64,000 bases of DNA from Methanobacteriota archaeon (GTDB lineage: Archaea; JAADCQ01; Methanopyri; Methanopyrales; Methanopyraceae), in assembly GCA_027064425.1 (NCBI GenBank), contig JAMOPO010000027.1, positions 1 to 64,000 of the forward strand. The letters run 5' to 3'. Positions 38,190 through 47,036 of the stretch are shown here, piece by piece (position 1 is the first letter of the stretch; each line of letters opens with the position of its first letter). A program made the translations under genes and the position numbers. A model generated the notes under the pieces. That model was not told the origin of the DNA. It saw only the letters and a program-made list of their open reading frames with translations, and did no database searches.

Positions 38190-39629
38190 CTACGGCGGCT
38201 CCACCCCGGGCCGCTCGTACAGCCACACCTCCGCCCACTGACCCACGCGGACCCCACCGCGCACGATCTCGAACGCCCTCACCGACACCTCGTCGGGCTC
38301 GAACCCCGCGACCTCAGACGCCAGCTCGACGAGCTCCTCCTCATCGTACACCCTGCCCTTCTCCACCTCGAACCGCTCGCCCGCCGGGACCACGTGCCCG
38401 TAGCCGCGCTCCGTGTGCACGTACACCGTCGCCTCTCGCGCCCTCTTCGCGACCGCGCACCCGACGGCGTTGCACACCGGGTGGTGCGGGACCACCTCGC
38501 CCACGCCAGTGAGCTCCCGGTACTCCTCCGCCAGCCCTCCCGCCCAGAGGACCTTCTCGCCTTCCAAGCGCTCCCTCAGCTCCCGGCGGACCTCGACCAG
38601 GACCCGCTCGGCCACCTCCTCGGGATCTCCGAGCTCCCTCAGCGCCCGCCGGGACTCGCGCGGGTCGCCGTCCGGCTCCGGGTCATGGTACCCGGCGACC
38701 ACCAGCGCGTCCGTGATCGTCGGCTTCGAGCCCCCGTAGCACGCGGGCAGGGACGTCTCCTCAGTGACCCCATCCTCGGAGAGGACCGCGTTACCGCCCA
38801 GGGGGAGCGACCTTACCTTGGCCGCGAGCACCGAGGTCGGGTGCCCGAACAGGGTGGCGTTCCGCTCCACCATCGGGGCCCCGTCCCGCGCCCGCACGAG
38901 GTCCACGGTCGATCCTCCCACGTCGGCCAGCAGGAAGTCGCGCTCTCCCGACAGGTACGCGGCACCCAGCACGCCCGCCGCCGGGCCGGAGTGCAGGACG
39001 TTTACCGGGACGCGCAGCGCCTCCCGGGGCGTTTGAAGCCCGCCGTCTCCGCGCAAGACTCCGTCAACGTCGCCTATGGATCGGAGGAACCTGCGCGTCA
39101 CCCGCTTCACCCGGGCGCTGAGCACGGCCGTGGCGACGCGGCGGGGGAAGCTGCCCCGAGGGACGTGGTGGCCCGGGACCACGGCGAGCGCCTCATCCCT
39201 GACGGCCTCGGCGATCTTCGCCTCCAGCTCCGAGTTCCGCTGCGAGAACTTCGAGACGACGGCGACGGCGTGCTCCGCGGGCGCGGTGACGGAGTCCGGG
39301 TCCACGTCCTCGACCACGTCCCCCTTGTGGTCCACGTACCCCTCCACCACCTCCATGCTGTCGGCGAGCTCCCCGAGCGGGCTCGGGTCGAGCCCGGGGC
39401 CCGGGATCACGACCAGGTGGACTGGGTCGCCCCGGTCCCGGACGAGCGCGTTGATGGGGAGGGTCGTGCTGACGCGGCGCTCGTCCGCCTCCAGCTCCCT
39501 CAGAGCCTTTTTCGTGGGCTCGACGAGCCTCCCATCGCGAAGGACCTTAACGCTCTCGACGACCTCCCCGTCCTCCAGGACCACCGCGTCCACGTGCGTG
39601 CTGCCCGTGTCCAGGCCGAGCACGCGCAC
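38190..39629 (-). CDS. Hydantoinase/oxoprolinase family protein (short type)
   Basis: LDTGSTHVD, STTLPIN, HSGPAAG, DVGGSTVD, PTITDA. Confidence 0.85.
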   Translation of the reverse strand: MRVLGLDTGSTHVDAVVLEDGEVVESVKVLRDGRLVEPTKKALRELEADERRVSTTLPINALVRDRGDPVHLVVIPGPGLDPSPLGELADSMEVVEGYVDHKGDVVEDVDPDSVTAPAEHAVAVVSKFSQRNSELEAKIAEAVRDEALAVVPGHHVPRGSFPRRVATAVLSARVKRVTRRFLRSIGDVDGVLRGDGGLQTPREALRVPVNVLHSGPAAGVLGAAYLSGERDFLLADVGGSTVDLVRARDGAPMVERNATLFGHPTSVLAAKVRSLPLGGNAVLSEDGVTEETSLPACYGGSKPTITDALVVAGYHDPEPDGDPRESRRALRELGDPEEVAERVLVEVRRELRERLEGEKVLWAGGLAEEYRELTGVGEVVPHHPVCNAVGCAVAKRAREATVYVHTERGYGHVVPAGERFEVEKGRVYDEEELVELASEVAGFEPDEVSVRAFEIVRGGVRVGQWAEVWLYERPGVEPP

Positions 39630-39636
39630 CGGCGGT

Positions 39637-39696
39637 CCCCCTCAGTAATAAGGGACCTCCTCATCGGTCGGCAAGCCGGCCTCTCCTCATCGGGGG
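39637..39696 (-). ncRNA. C/D-box sRNA
   Basis: CCCCC-G-ATGAGGA-GAGGCCGGCTTG-CCGA-CCG-ATGAGGA-GGTCCCTTATTA-CTGA-GGGGG; two 12-nt guides and a 5-bp stem. Confidence 0.85.
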
Positions 39697-39709
39697 GTCC
39701 GCGAGGTTG

Positions 39710-40801
39710 ATGGAACTGAAGGTCCTGGCGGCGACCGCGCTGTGGGTGGTGGTCGAGAGGGACTACCCGTTCGCCACTTATTACCAGAACGTGGACCTGC
39801 AGCGGCTGATTCAGGTTCACCCGCGGACGGTCTGCGTCGACCCCTACTCCGGGCCCGGAGGAGACCCGTGGACTCTGGAGGAGCTGGGCCGGTTAAGGAG
39901 GGCGGGGATACGGCCGGTTGCGTACCTGACCCTCGGGGTCGTGCCGAGATTCCATCCGGACCTGTTCCAGCGGGCCCGGGAACTGGGACTGCTGGGCCCC
40001 GAAGACCCGAGGTGGAAGGGGGACTACGCGGTCGAGTTCTGGGACCCTCGGTGGCAGGAGGTCCTGGCCGAGAAGCTCGCGAGCCTGCGTGAGCTAGGCT
40101 TCGAGGGCGTTCTCTTCGACGTCATCGACGTGTGGACGAGCAGGTGGTACGTCCGGTGGTTCGAGGACGTGACGGGGAGATCGCCGGACGAGCTCCGGGA
40201 GCTCGTGTACCGAACCCTGGCCAGGCTCGCCGACGTGGCCCACTCCCTGGGGATGGAGGTCTACGTGTGCGCCGGGGCGGCCATCTACGACAGGGAGTTC
40301 GGCGCGTTCGTGGAGAGGCACGGTATCAAAGTGGTGACCGAGAACGTGATCGCCACGGACAATGGCACGCTGCAGCCCGCCGAGGCGTTCATGGACGCGC
40401 TCGAGGTGCTGATGACTTTGAGCCGGATCACGGACGTTTACGACGTGGAGTACGGGCTGGACCTGGAGGACGAGGAGGTGAAGCGTCGGCTGACACTCCT
40501 CCTCGGCTCGACCAGGGTTCGGGAGGTGTACGTGACCTCCCCGGCGCACGATCGGCTGGGCGTGGCCGTGGTGCCGGCGGGTCGGTCCGGGCGGGTCGGG
40601 ACCGCCGAGGCGAGGACCGGGAGGGGCGAGAGCTCGACCGCGGGTTCCCAGCGCCCGCACCGCGGGGTACCGTTGATCCCGGTGGTTCCCGTGGGGAGGA
40701 GGGGGAAGCTCCGCCCTGCCCAGTCCGTTCATCCCCGGGCGGGTCGGCGTTACAACCCCTCTTCACGGCCGGCGTGCGGGGAGGTGCCGGCGCGGGGATA
40801 A
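39710..40801 (+). CDS. Putative extracellular glycoside hydrolase (GH114/PelA-hydrolase-like TIM barrel)
   Basis: PVAYLTLG, VEFWDPRWQ, GFEGVLFDVID, VYDVEY; C-terminal VPLIPVVPVGRR. Confidence 0.7.
   Translation: MELKVLAATALWVVVERDYPFATYYQNVDLQRLIQVHPRTVCVDPYSGPGGDPWTLEELGRLRRAGIRPVAYLTLGVVPRFHPDLFQRARELGLLGPEDPRWKGDYAVEFWDPRWQEVLAEKLASLRELGFEGVLFDVIDVWTSRWYVRWFEDVTGRSPDELRELVYRTLARLADVAHSLGMEVYVCAGAAIYDREFGAFVERHGIKVVTENVIATDNGTLQPAEAFMDALEVLMTLSRITDVYDVEYGLDLEDEEVKRRLTLLLGSTRVREVYVTSPAHDRLGVAVVPAGRSGRVGTAEARTGRGESSTAGSQRPHRGVPLIPVVPVGRRGKLRPAQSVHPRAGRRYNPSSRPACGEVPARG
40706..40770 (-). ncRNA. C/D-box sRNA candidate, antisense to the 3' end of the GH114-like ORF
   Basis: GTGAAGA-GGGGTTGTAACG-CCGA...ATGAACG-GACTGGGCAGGG-CGGA; weak terminal stem. 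Confidence 0.45.
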
Positions 40802-40825
40802 GGGTCCTTCGGGGCGGCGAGGGGC

Positions 40826-41743
40826 TTGAGGTGCCGTCGGTGCGGTGAGCGGCGGGGTGAGTACGAGCGTCCCTACGCGGGCGACGTAGTGTGCGGCCGG
40901 TGCCTGGTCGAGCTGGTCAGAGACCGGGTGTTCCGGGAGGTCCGCCGCTGGAGGTGGTTTGAGCCGGGGCAGCGGGTAGTCGTGGCGCTCTCGGGTGGAA
41001 AGGACAGCGCGGTCGCGCTCCGGCTCATCCTCGAGTATTTGGAGCCGCTGCCTGAGGTCGAGGTGATCGCGCTCACGGTCGACGAGGGGATCTCGGGGTT
41101 CCGGGACAGGTGCCTGCGTCAGGCTGAGAGGCTGGTGGAGGAGCTCGAGGTGGAGTGGGAGGTGGTGTCGTTCGAGGAGGAGTACGGGTTTAGGCTCGAG
41201 GACGTCGTGGAGGACACCGAGTACCCGGCGTGCACCGTCTGCGGGGTGCTGAGGCGGCGGCTGATAAACGCCAAGGCCCGGGAGCTGAACGCCGACGTCG
41301 TGGTGACGGGGCATAACCTAGACGACGAGGCGCAGGCCGTGCTGATGAACTTCGTGAAGGCGGACCTGGCTCAGCTCTCCAAGCTGCATCCGGAGGTTAA
41401 GCCCGAGTCCGAGTCGGTGGTGCCGAGGGTTAAGCCGCTGCGGCGGGTCCCGGAGCGGGAGGTCCGGTGGGTTGCTGACGAGCTGAACCTGCCGTATCAC
41501 CCGGACCCCTGCCCGTTCGCCGAGTCCTCCGTCCGGTCGTTCTTCCGGCGACTGCTGGACGAGCTGGAGGAGGAGCTCCCGAACGCGAAGTTCGGGATCC
41601 TGCAGGCCCTCGACCGGGCCGGTCCGCTCCTGGCCGAAGAGTTCCTCCAGGGCGAGGTTAGAGCGTGCGAGCGCTGCGGGGAGCCGGCCTCCGGGGAGCT
41701 CTGCAAGGCCTGCGAGATCTTGGAGGCGCTCGATCAGCGCTGA
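40826..41743 (+). CDS. tRNA 2-thiolation protein (TtuA/NcsA/Ctu1 family)
   Basis: N- and C-terminal Zn fingers, SGGKDS, CTVCGVLRR, GHNLDDEAQ. Confidence 0.9.
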   Translation: MRCRRCGERRGEYERPYAGDVVCGRCLVELVRDRVFREVRRWRWFEPGQRVVVALSGGKDSAVALRLILEYLEPLPEVEVIALTVDEGISGFRDRCLRQAERLVEELEVEWEVVSFEEEYGFRLEDVVEDTEYPACTVCGVLRRRLINAKARELNADVVVTGHNLDDEAQAVLMNFVKADLAQLSKLHPEVKPESESVVPRVKPLRRVPEREVRWVADELNLPYHPDPCPFAESSVRSFFRRLLDELEEELPNAKFGILQALDRAGPLLAEEFLQGEVRACERCGEPASGELCKACEILEALDQR

Positions 41744-42897
41744 TCGCGGGTCCTGCGCAGCAGCTCCGCCCGGACGAGCAGGGACGAGTGGTTTTCAACG
41801 CGCTCGCGGACGTCGTCCCACTCCGGCTTGGCGTGCTCGACGTCATTGAACCGCGACAGCTTGACCCGAACGCCGTCCACCTCGACGATCTCCCGCTCCG
41901 CCATCACCCGCTCGCACCGGTAAACCCGGGCGCCCAAGGACCCCGTCCAGCGGAAGATCTCGCGGAAAACCTCCTCCTCCACACCGGGCCGGTCCTCCGC
42001 GATCACGCGCAGGATGAACCTGGGCCGGTTTTTCTTCCCCAGCCCGTGCAGCACCTCTACGTCCCGCACGCCGTTCAGCTCGAGCAGCCGGGTGATGGCC
42101 TCCCCGATCATCTCCCCGTCCGCGTCGTCCACCGACGTTTCCACGATCTTCACGAACCCTCCACCCGCACCGGGCTCGCAGACTAGAGCCCGGAGGACGT
42201 TCGGCCGGTCGTCCAGCTCGCGGGACCCGGCCCCGAATCCTTGCCTGACCACCCTCCAGGGTGGCTCCGCATCCTCCGTGAGCTCGTCAATCGCCCTCAG
42301 CAGCGCCGCGCCCGTCGGCGTGAGCAGCTCACCCTCGCCGCTCGCGTGGAACTCGCGCCCCCAACCTGATAGGATCTCGGCGACCGCGGGCGCCGGCACG
42401 GGGAGCTCACCGTGCTCGGTCCTCACGGTGCCGGAGCCCACGTTCGGTGGGAGCACGGCGACCCGCGCTGGGTCGAGATCCTGGAGGAGGGCGGCGCACC
42501 CCACCAGATCCACGACGGTGTCCACGGCGCCCAGCTCGTGGAGGTGGTCGAGCTCCCCGTGCACCTTCTCCTCCGCCTCAAAGAGCAGCTTCAGCGCCCT
42601 CTCCGGTAGCCTCGACCAGGGCTCCTTCGCCAGCACCTCCCGGGAGACGTCCTCAACGAGGCTCTCCAGCTCTTCGGGGTCCCGGACCTCCCCGTCGGCC
42701 TCCACCGCGACCCGAACCGCCCGGAACCCTTTGACCGTCACCCAGTTCCAGTCGATGTCCACCCGGTACCCCCGCTCTCGGAGGACCCGCACCACGCGGT
42801 CGAGGTTCTCGCCGCTCGCGCCCACGGCCAGCAGGCAGCCAAGGAGCATGTCGCCCGAGGCGCCGGCCACCTGCGGGTCGAGGACCAGCAGCTCCAC
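41734..42897 (-). CDS. larC: Nickel insertase LarC family
   Basis: GASGDM, EEKVHG..HLHELG, PVPAPA, ELLTPTGAA, ETSVDD, KPEWDD. Confidence 0.9.
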   Translation of the reverse strand: MELLVLDPQVAGASGDMLLGCLLAVGASGENLDRVVRVLRERGYRVDIDWNWVTVKGFRAVRVAVEADGEVRDPEELESLVEDVSREVLAKEPWSRLPERALKLLFEAEEKVHGELDHLHELGAVDTVVDLVGCAALLQDLDPARVAVLPPNVGSGTVRTEHGELPVPAPAVAEILSGWGREFHASGEGELLTPTGAALLRAIDELTEDAEPPWRVVRQGFGAGSRELDDRPNVLRALVCEPGAGGGFVKIVETSVDDADGEMIGEAITRLLELNGVRDVEVLHGLGKKNRPRFILRVIAEDRPGVEEEVFREIFRWTGSLGARVYRCERVMAEREIVEVDGVRVKLSRFNDVEHAKPEWDDVRERVENHSSLLVRAELLRRTRDQR

Positions 42898-42965
42898 CGA
42901 TCCTCCCCCGGGCGAGTTCGGGGGTCTCTTAACCCCTCTCGCCACCCAGGGACCCGGGGATAAGG

Positions 42966-43292
42966 TTGGGTCTGGTTGAGGTGCGGGTCTTCGTGGACCC
43001 CGAGAACGTCGGCAAGCTGATGAACGCGATGGCGGACGCCGGCGTGACCGGGTTCTACGCGGTGGAGTATCGGGGCGTGGCCCCGGATCGTTGGGAAGGG
43101 TTCGAGATCGACGAGGATCCGGAGCAGGCGATCAAGGCCATGAACGACCTCTCGGAGCGCGCGGTCATGGTGGTGACGGTGATCCCGGAGGACCGGCTGG
43201 ACGACCTGAAAAAGGCCGTGAGGGAGCGTCTGTCGGGCGACAGGTACACGATCATGGTGGCTGAGGTGAGGGAAGTCGAGGTGAGGGGCTAG
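42966..43292 (+). CDS. MJ1244-like small protein (PII-like fold probable)
   Basis: ENVGKLMNAM..GVTGFYAVEYRG. Confidence 0.7.
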   Translation: MGLVEVRVFVDPENVGKLMNAMADAGVTGFYAVEYRGVAPDRWEGFEIDEDPEQAIKAMNDLSERAVMVVTVIPEDRLDDLKKAVRERLSGDRYTIMVAEVREVEVRG

Positions 43293-44257
43293 CGGAACGC
43301 CCGCCGCACGGCGTCCGCCACCTTCTTCACCTTCCACGCGATTCCCTCGATGCGGACCTCGCACGAGCCAACGACGGCGTCCTTGGTGGCCGAGCATTCC
43401 ACCTCCACGACCCGCTTGAACGGGATTCCGTAGTGCTCCAGCAGCATCGACAGGGCGCCGCGCACCGCGTGGCAGACGGGCTCGTCGGACTCCATCCCGG
43501 CGCACTCCAGGCACTTCTCCACGCGGAACCGGTCGCCCTCGAGCTCGTAGCTGGACCCGCTGATCTCCTCCACCCTGGCCACCAGCTCCTCCGGATCCTC
43601 CGGATCGAACGCATCGATGAACGCCTCGGCGTACAGCCGGCCCGCCCGAAAGAACATGGGCCGGGCCGCGTCGCCGAAGACCTCCCGCAGCAGGCTCTCC
43701 GAGGCGATCTTAAAGGCCGCCACCTCCTCCGGGTCGCGGCTCGCGCTGAGCATCTCCTCGAACTCCGACTCGGTGAAGTCGCGAAGCTCCGGGATGTGGG
43801 GCTCCCCGTTGCCGCCCTTGCTCTCGTCCCCGATCACGAATACGCATCGACCATCACCCGCTCCCTCGCACTCCGTCTGGACGACCTTGACCGGTTCTCC
43901 CGTCACCTCCTTCACGACGCCCGCGATGAACCCTCGGATGAAGTTGCAGGCGGGGCCGTTGAGGCGCGGGTAGCCGGCGCACTCGGGGCAGTTTCGGACG
44001 ATCACAACTCCGTCCTTCTCATCCACCTCGCAGTCGGCACCTACCATGTCAAGGAACTCAGTTAGCGGCTCCTCGAGATCGTCACCCTTGAACCACCTGG
44101 CCAACATCGAGCCCGCATTGACCAGCGCCCCGCAGCACTTGTCGCCGACCAGCGTGTACAGCGCCAGCACGACCATCTTGTTGGTCGCCTGAAGCTCCCC
44201 GGCCGTGAACTCGGACCCTACCTCCTCCGCCACCTGTCGGAGCTTGTCGGGGGACAT
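43289..44257 (-). CDS. Tandem V4R-domain protein
   Basis: Two CxEC...C..xRG...ECxxxG..C-type domains. Confidence 0.8.
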   Translation of the reverse strand: MSPDKLRQVAEEVGSEFTAGELQATNKMVVLALYTLVGDKCCGALVNAGSMLARWFKGDDLEEPLTEFLDMVGADCEVDEKDGVVIVRNCPECAGYPRLNGPACNFIRGFIAGVVKEVTGEPVKVVQTECEGAGDGRCVFVIGDESKGGNGEPHIPELRDFTESEFEEMLSASRDPEEVAAFKIASESLLREVFGDAARPMFFRAGRLYAEAFIDAFDPEDPEELVARVEEISGSSYELEGDRFRVEKCLECAGMESDEPVCHAVRGALSMLLEHYGIPFKRVVEVECSATKDAVVGSCEVRIEGIAWKVKKVADAVRRAFR

Positions 44258-44346
44258 CTCAAGTCCCCCGCTGAGCGCCACATTCACGGTGCCGGGCTTC
44301 TCATTACCGGCGGACGTCGGCGCGGGCACCGTAGCGAACCCAGTCG

Positions 44347-45579
44347 TCATTGGGATACGAAGATGCTTTCGATAGGGGCGTTGATGCGCTCGATCCACCT
44401 GGACATCAGCTCGGACACCCTGCGTACGTCCTCCTCCTCGACCCTGTCAGACAGCCTCAGACGGGCGTGGGCCCGGGCCAGCAGCAGCATGGTCCGCTCT
44501 ATCCTCCTCTTGGACGGGCCCCAGCTGGAGGCCCTGGACAGCTCCGAGGCCCGAGACGACACCATCCTCACGACGCTCGACGAACACCTCGGCCCCTCGA
44601 CCCGAGAGGCACACTTCAGCAGCGCCCTGACGTCCTCCTCCCTGATTCGTCTCCCGCTGACCCTCTCCGGGTAAGGATCCGGCCACAGGATCAGGTCCAC
44701 GCTCCTCAGCGCGGCTCCGGGGATCTTCAGGCAGGTGAGGGCGGGGTGCTCGTCTGGTGAGGACTCCAGCGCGCAGATGACGGAGCATCGGACCCCGAAC
44801 CGGACGCCGGAGACCGGGATCACGCCACGCCGGGTTAGGGAGAGCAGCTCCAGGAGTTTGGGATCGTGCGGATCGACGCCGTCGGCGATCAGCAGGCCGT
44901 CGTTGGCCAGCATCGGAACACCGGCCTCGAACCTCCACCCGGTCTCGGTAACCGTCAAGTCCCCTCGGAGGTTCCGGGAGCTGGCGGACCTCAGGTTTAC
45001 CTTGTGGGCCTGGGGCGAGAGCCGCCGGATCCGCTCCGTGACCGCACGCGCGACCCGCGGAGGGGCCAGGAAGAGCGCGCTCGCAGCCGCGCCGCCCACC
45101 GGGGTGACCATCAGCAGTGCCAAGAGCTCATAGCATGGCTCCGGCCTCCTCCGAGGCGAGAGAACGCTCGCGCACGCCTCGAGCGGGTCGTCATCCGAGA
45201 GCTCCTGGGCCGCAACCATCTCCTCAGGTGAGGGGGAGGGGTCCGACTCGACGGGTCTGACGTCGATGGCCACAACCTCGCCGCGGTCGTTGCGCCCGCC
45301 CAGCACCAGAACCTCACGACCGGGCCGCAGGAGGTCCGGGGCCACCCTGACCGACGGCCTCACGGGGACCGTCTCGCCCTCCTCCGTTAGCAGCTTGAAC
45401 CCGCGGACGTGTTCCACCCCCTCCACGGACTTGACGCGGCCGCGCACGACGACCGGCGCCAAATTCCTCAGCTCGAGTGAGCTGGGGGCTGAATCCTCGG
45501 GAACGCTGTCCTGAGGGACGTCCAGCTCGGACAGCCGCCGCAGCGCGTCAGCCGTCAGGTCCTCGTCCGCGTCCTCCAT
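44347..45579 (-). CDS. Degenerate MCM-like AAA+ protein
   Basis: OB-like N-terminus, EAGVPMLANDGLLIADG, RCSVICA, LARAHARLRL; Walker A absent. Confidence 0.7.
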   Translation of the reverse strand: MEDADEDLTADALRRLSELDVPQDSVPEDSAPSSLELRNLAPVVVRGRVKSVEGVEHVRGFKLLTEEGETVPVRPSVRVAPDLLRPGREVLVLGGRNDRGEVVAIDVRPVESDPSPSPEEMVAAQELSDDDPLEACASVLSPRRRPEPCYELLALLMVTPVGGAAASALFLAPPRVARAVTERIRRLSPQAHKVNLRSASSRNLRGDLTVTETGWRFEAGVPMLANDGLLIADGVDPHDPKLLELLSLTRRGVIPVSGVRFGVRCSVICALESSPDEHPALTCLKIPGAALRSVDLILWPDPYPERVSGRRIREEDVRALLKCASRVEGPRCSSSVVRMVSSRASELSRASSWGPSKRRIERTMLLLARAHARLRLSDRVEEEDVRRVSELMSRWIERINAPIESIFVSQ

Positions 45580-45709
45580 ACTCTCCTTGACCTTCCTCGC
45601 GCGGGCGCCGACGGGCGAGTCTCGCCAGGGTGGCTTAATCCCCTCGTCACCCCCTTGACGGGCCCGGTTTCCGAAACGCGCGCCCCGGATTTCAGTTAAT
45701 CAATTAACC

Positions 45710-46942
45710 TCACGATCCTCCGCACTCCGACGCCGGAACGAGGCCGCGACGAGACCGCAGCGCCGCGGGCAGTGGGAGCGGGACCGTGGGTAGCGGGGGC
45801 AGCCGCCTCTTCCGTTCAGCCCCACCCCCTCCCTTGACGGCAACGCCGCTCGGTGCCACGATCACGGTGACCGGGTTGCTGAACGCTGGAGCCATGAGCG
45901 GTCCCCCCTGGAACATGGCCACGTAGACGAACCGACCGGACTTCTTCGGAGTGACCCTCAGGGGCGGGGTCTTACCGTCCGGACCGGTGACCCAGCCCGC
46001 AAGGGCCGAGGCGCTCACTATCGCCCCGTTTTCCAGCAGGAAGATCCTGGCGTTCGGGACCGGGCGGCCCCTGTAATCCGTGAGCACGGCCCGGAGCTCG
46101 AACGCCCTACCACCGTCGACGGCCTTGGCGAGGAGCCTCAGCCTGACCCGCTCCCGGAACGTGCACACGGTTCTCCAGGTGGCGGGCTCGTAGAGGGGAC
46201 CGCCCGCGTACCGGACCTCGATGGCGAGGATCCCGGGCTTCTTGGGCCTGACCCACAGCTGGAACCCGCCGGCTCGGTCCGGCCGCGCGGTGATCGTCTC
46301 GCTCAGCCCGCACCCCTGAACGACCACCGTGATCGGCGCGGGGATCGGCACCCCGAACACCCCGTCCCGCAGCTCTCCCCGGATCATCACGCGCTGTCCG
46401 ATCAGGCCAACCCGTGGGAGGACCGCGACCCGCAGGCTCACCGGGAGCCTCGTTAGGAACTTCGTCAGCGGGTGGATGACGCAGTCCGGGACCCTGGCCA
46501 CCGGTCTCGAGGTTGCTCCACGGAGCTCCAACAGCAGCAGCTCGGGCCTGGTCAGGTTGTTCGGGCCGGTAATTAGCAGTCCGTAGAGGCGCAGGTACCG
46601 GCCGGTAAGACCCACGTAAGCTCGGGCCTTAATCGCGGACGACCGGGTTTTAAGCGCGCGGGCGGTGACCTCGATCCACCCTCTGGTCTCGTCGCCCACG
46701 CGGACGCGGGTGATCCATCTGACCCCGCCGTTCTCCGCGAGGACCAACCTACACCACGGCTTACCGTTCACCAGCAGGTCCACGGCCCAGCCCACTCTCG
46801 GGTCCAGCCGCAGCAGCGGGTAGTACTTCAGACCGATCGCGTAGACCGCTGCGTGGCCGGTCGCTGGAGCCGTGAACGCCGCTAACAGCACCACCGCGAG
46901 CGTCAGAGCGGTCCGAAGTATTACCCCCGAGGCGGCCGGCAC
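45710..46942 (-). CDS. Secreted protein with Ig-like repeats and Pro-rich C-terminal tail
   Basis: Signal peptide; repeats YAGGPLYEPA / FQGGPLMAPA; tail LPPLPTVPLPLPAALRSRR. Confidence 0.75.
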   Translation of the reverse strand: MPAASGVILRTALTLAVVLLAAFTAPATGHAAVYAIGLKYYPLLRLDPRVGWAVDLLVNGKPWCRLVLAENGGVRWITRVRVGDETRGWIEVTARALKTRSSAIKARAYVGLTGRYLRLYGLLITGPNNLTRPELLLLELRGATSRPVARVPDCVIHPLTKFLTRLPVSLRVAVLPRVGLIGQRVMIRGELRDGVFGVPIPAPITVVVQGCGLSETITARPDRAGGFQLWVRPKKPGILAIEVRYAGGPLYEPATWRTVCTFRERVRLRLLAKAVDGGRAFELRAVLTDYRGRPVPNARIFLLENGAIVSASALAGWVTGPDGKTPPLRVTPKKSGRFVYVAMFQGGPLMAPAFSNPVTVIVAPSGVAVKGGGGAERKRRLPPLPTVPLPLPAALRSRRGLVPASECGGS

Positions 46943-46973
46943 TCCCCGACGGACCCTCCACTGGGTAAACGGA

Positions 46974-46985
46974 AGGCATATAAGT
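46974..46985 (+). promoter_or_regulatory. TATA box in the divergent promoter region of the surface protein genes
   Basis: GGCATATAAG. Confidence 0.5.
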
Positions 46986-47036
46986 GTCTCTTCGGTCGGT
47001 CAAGTATGAGGCCGGTCGGAAGGGGGTGAGAACCCA

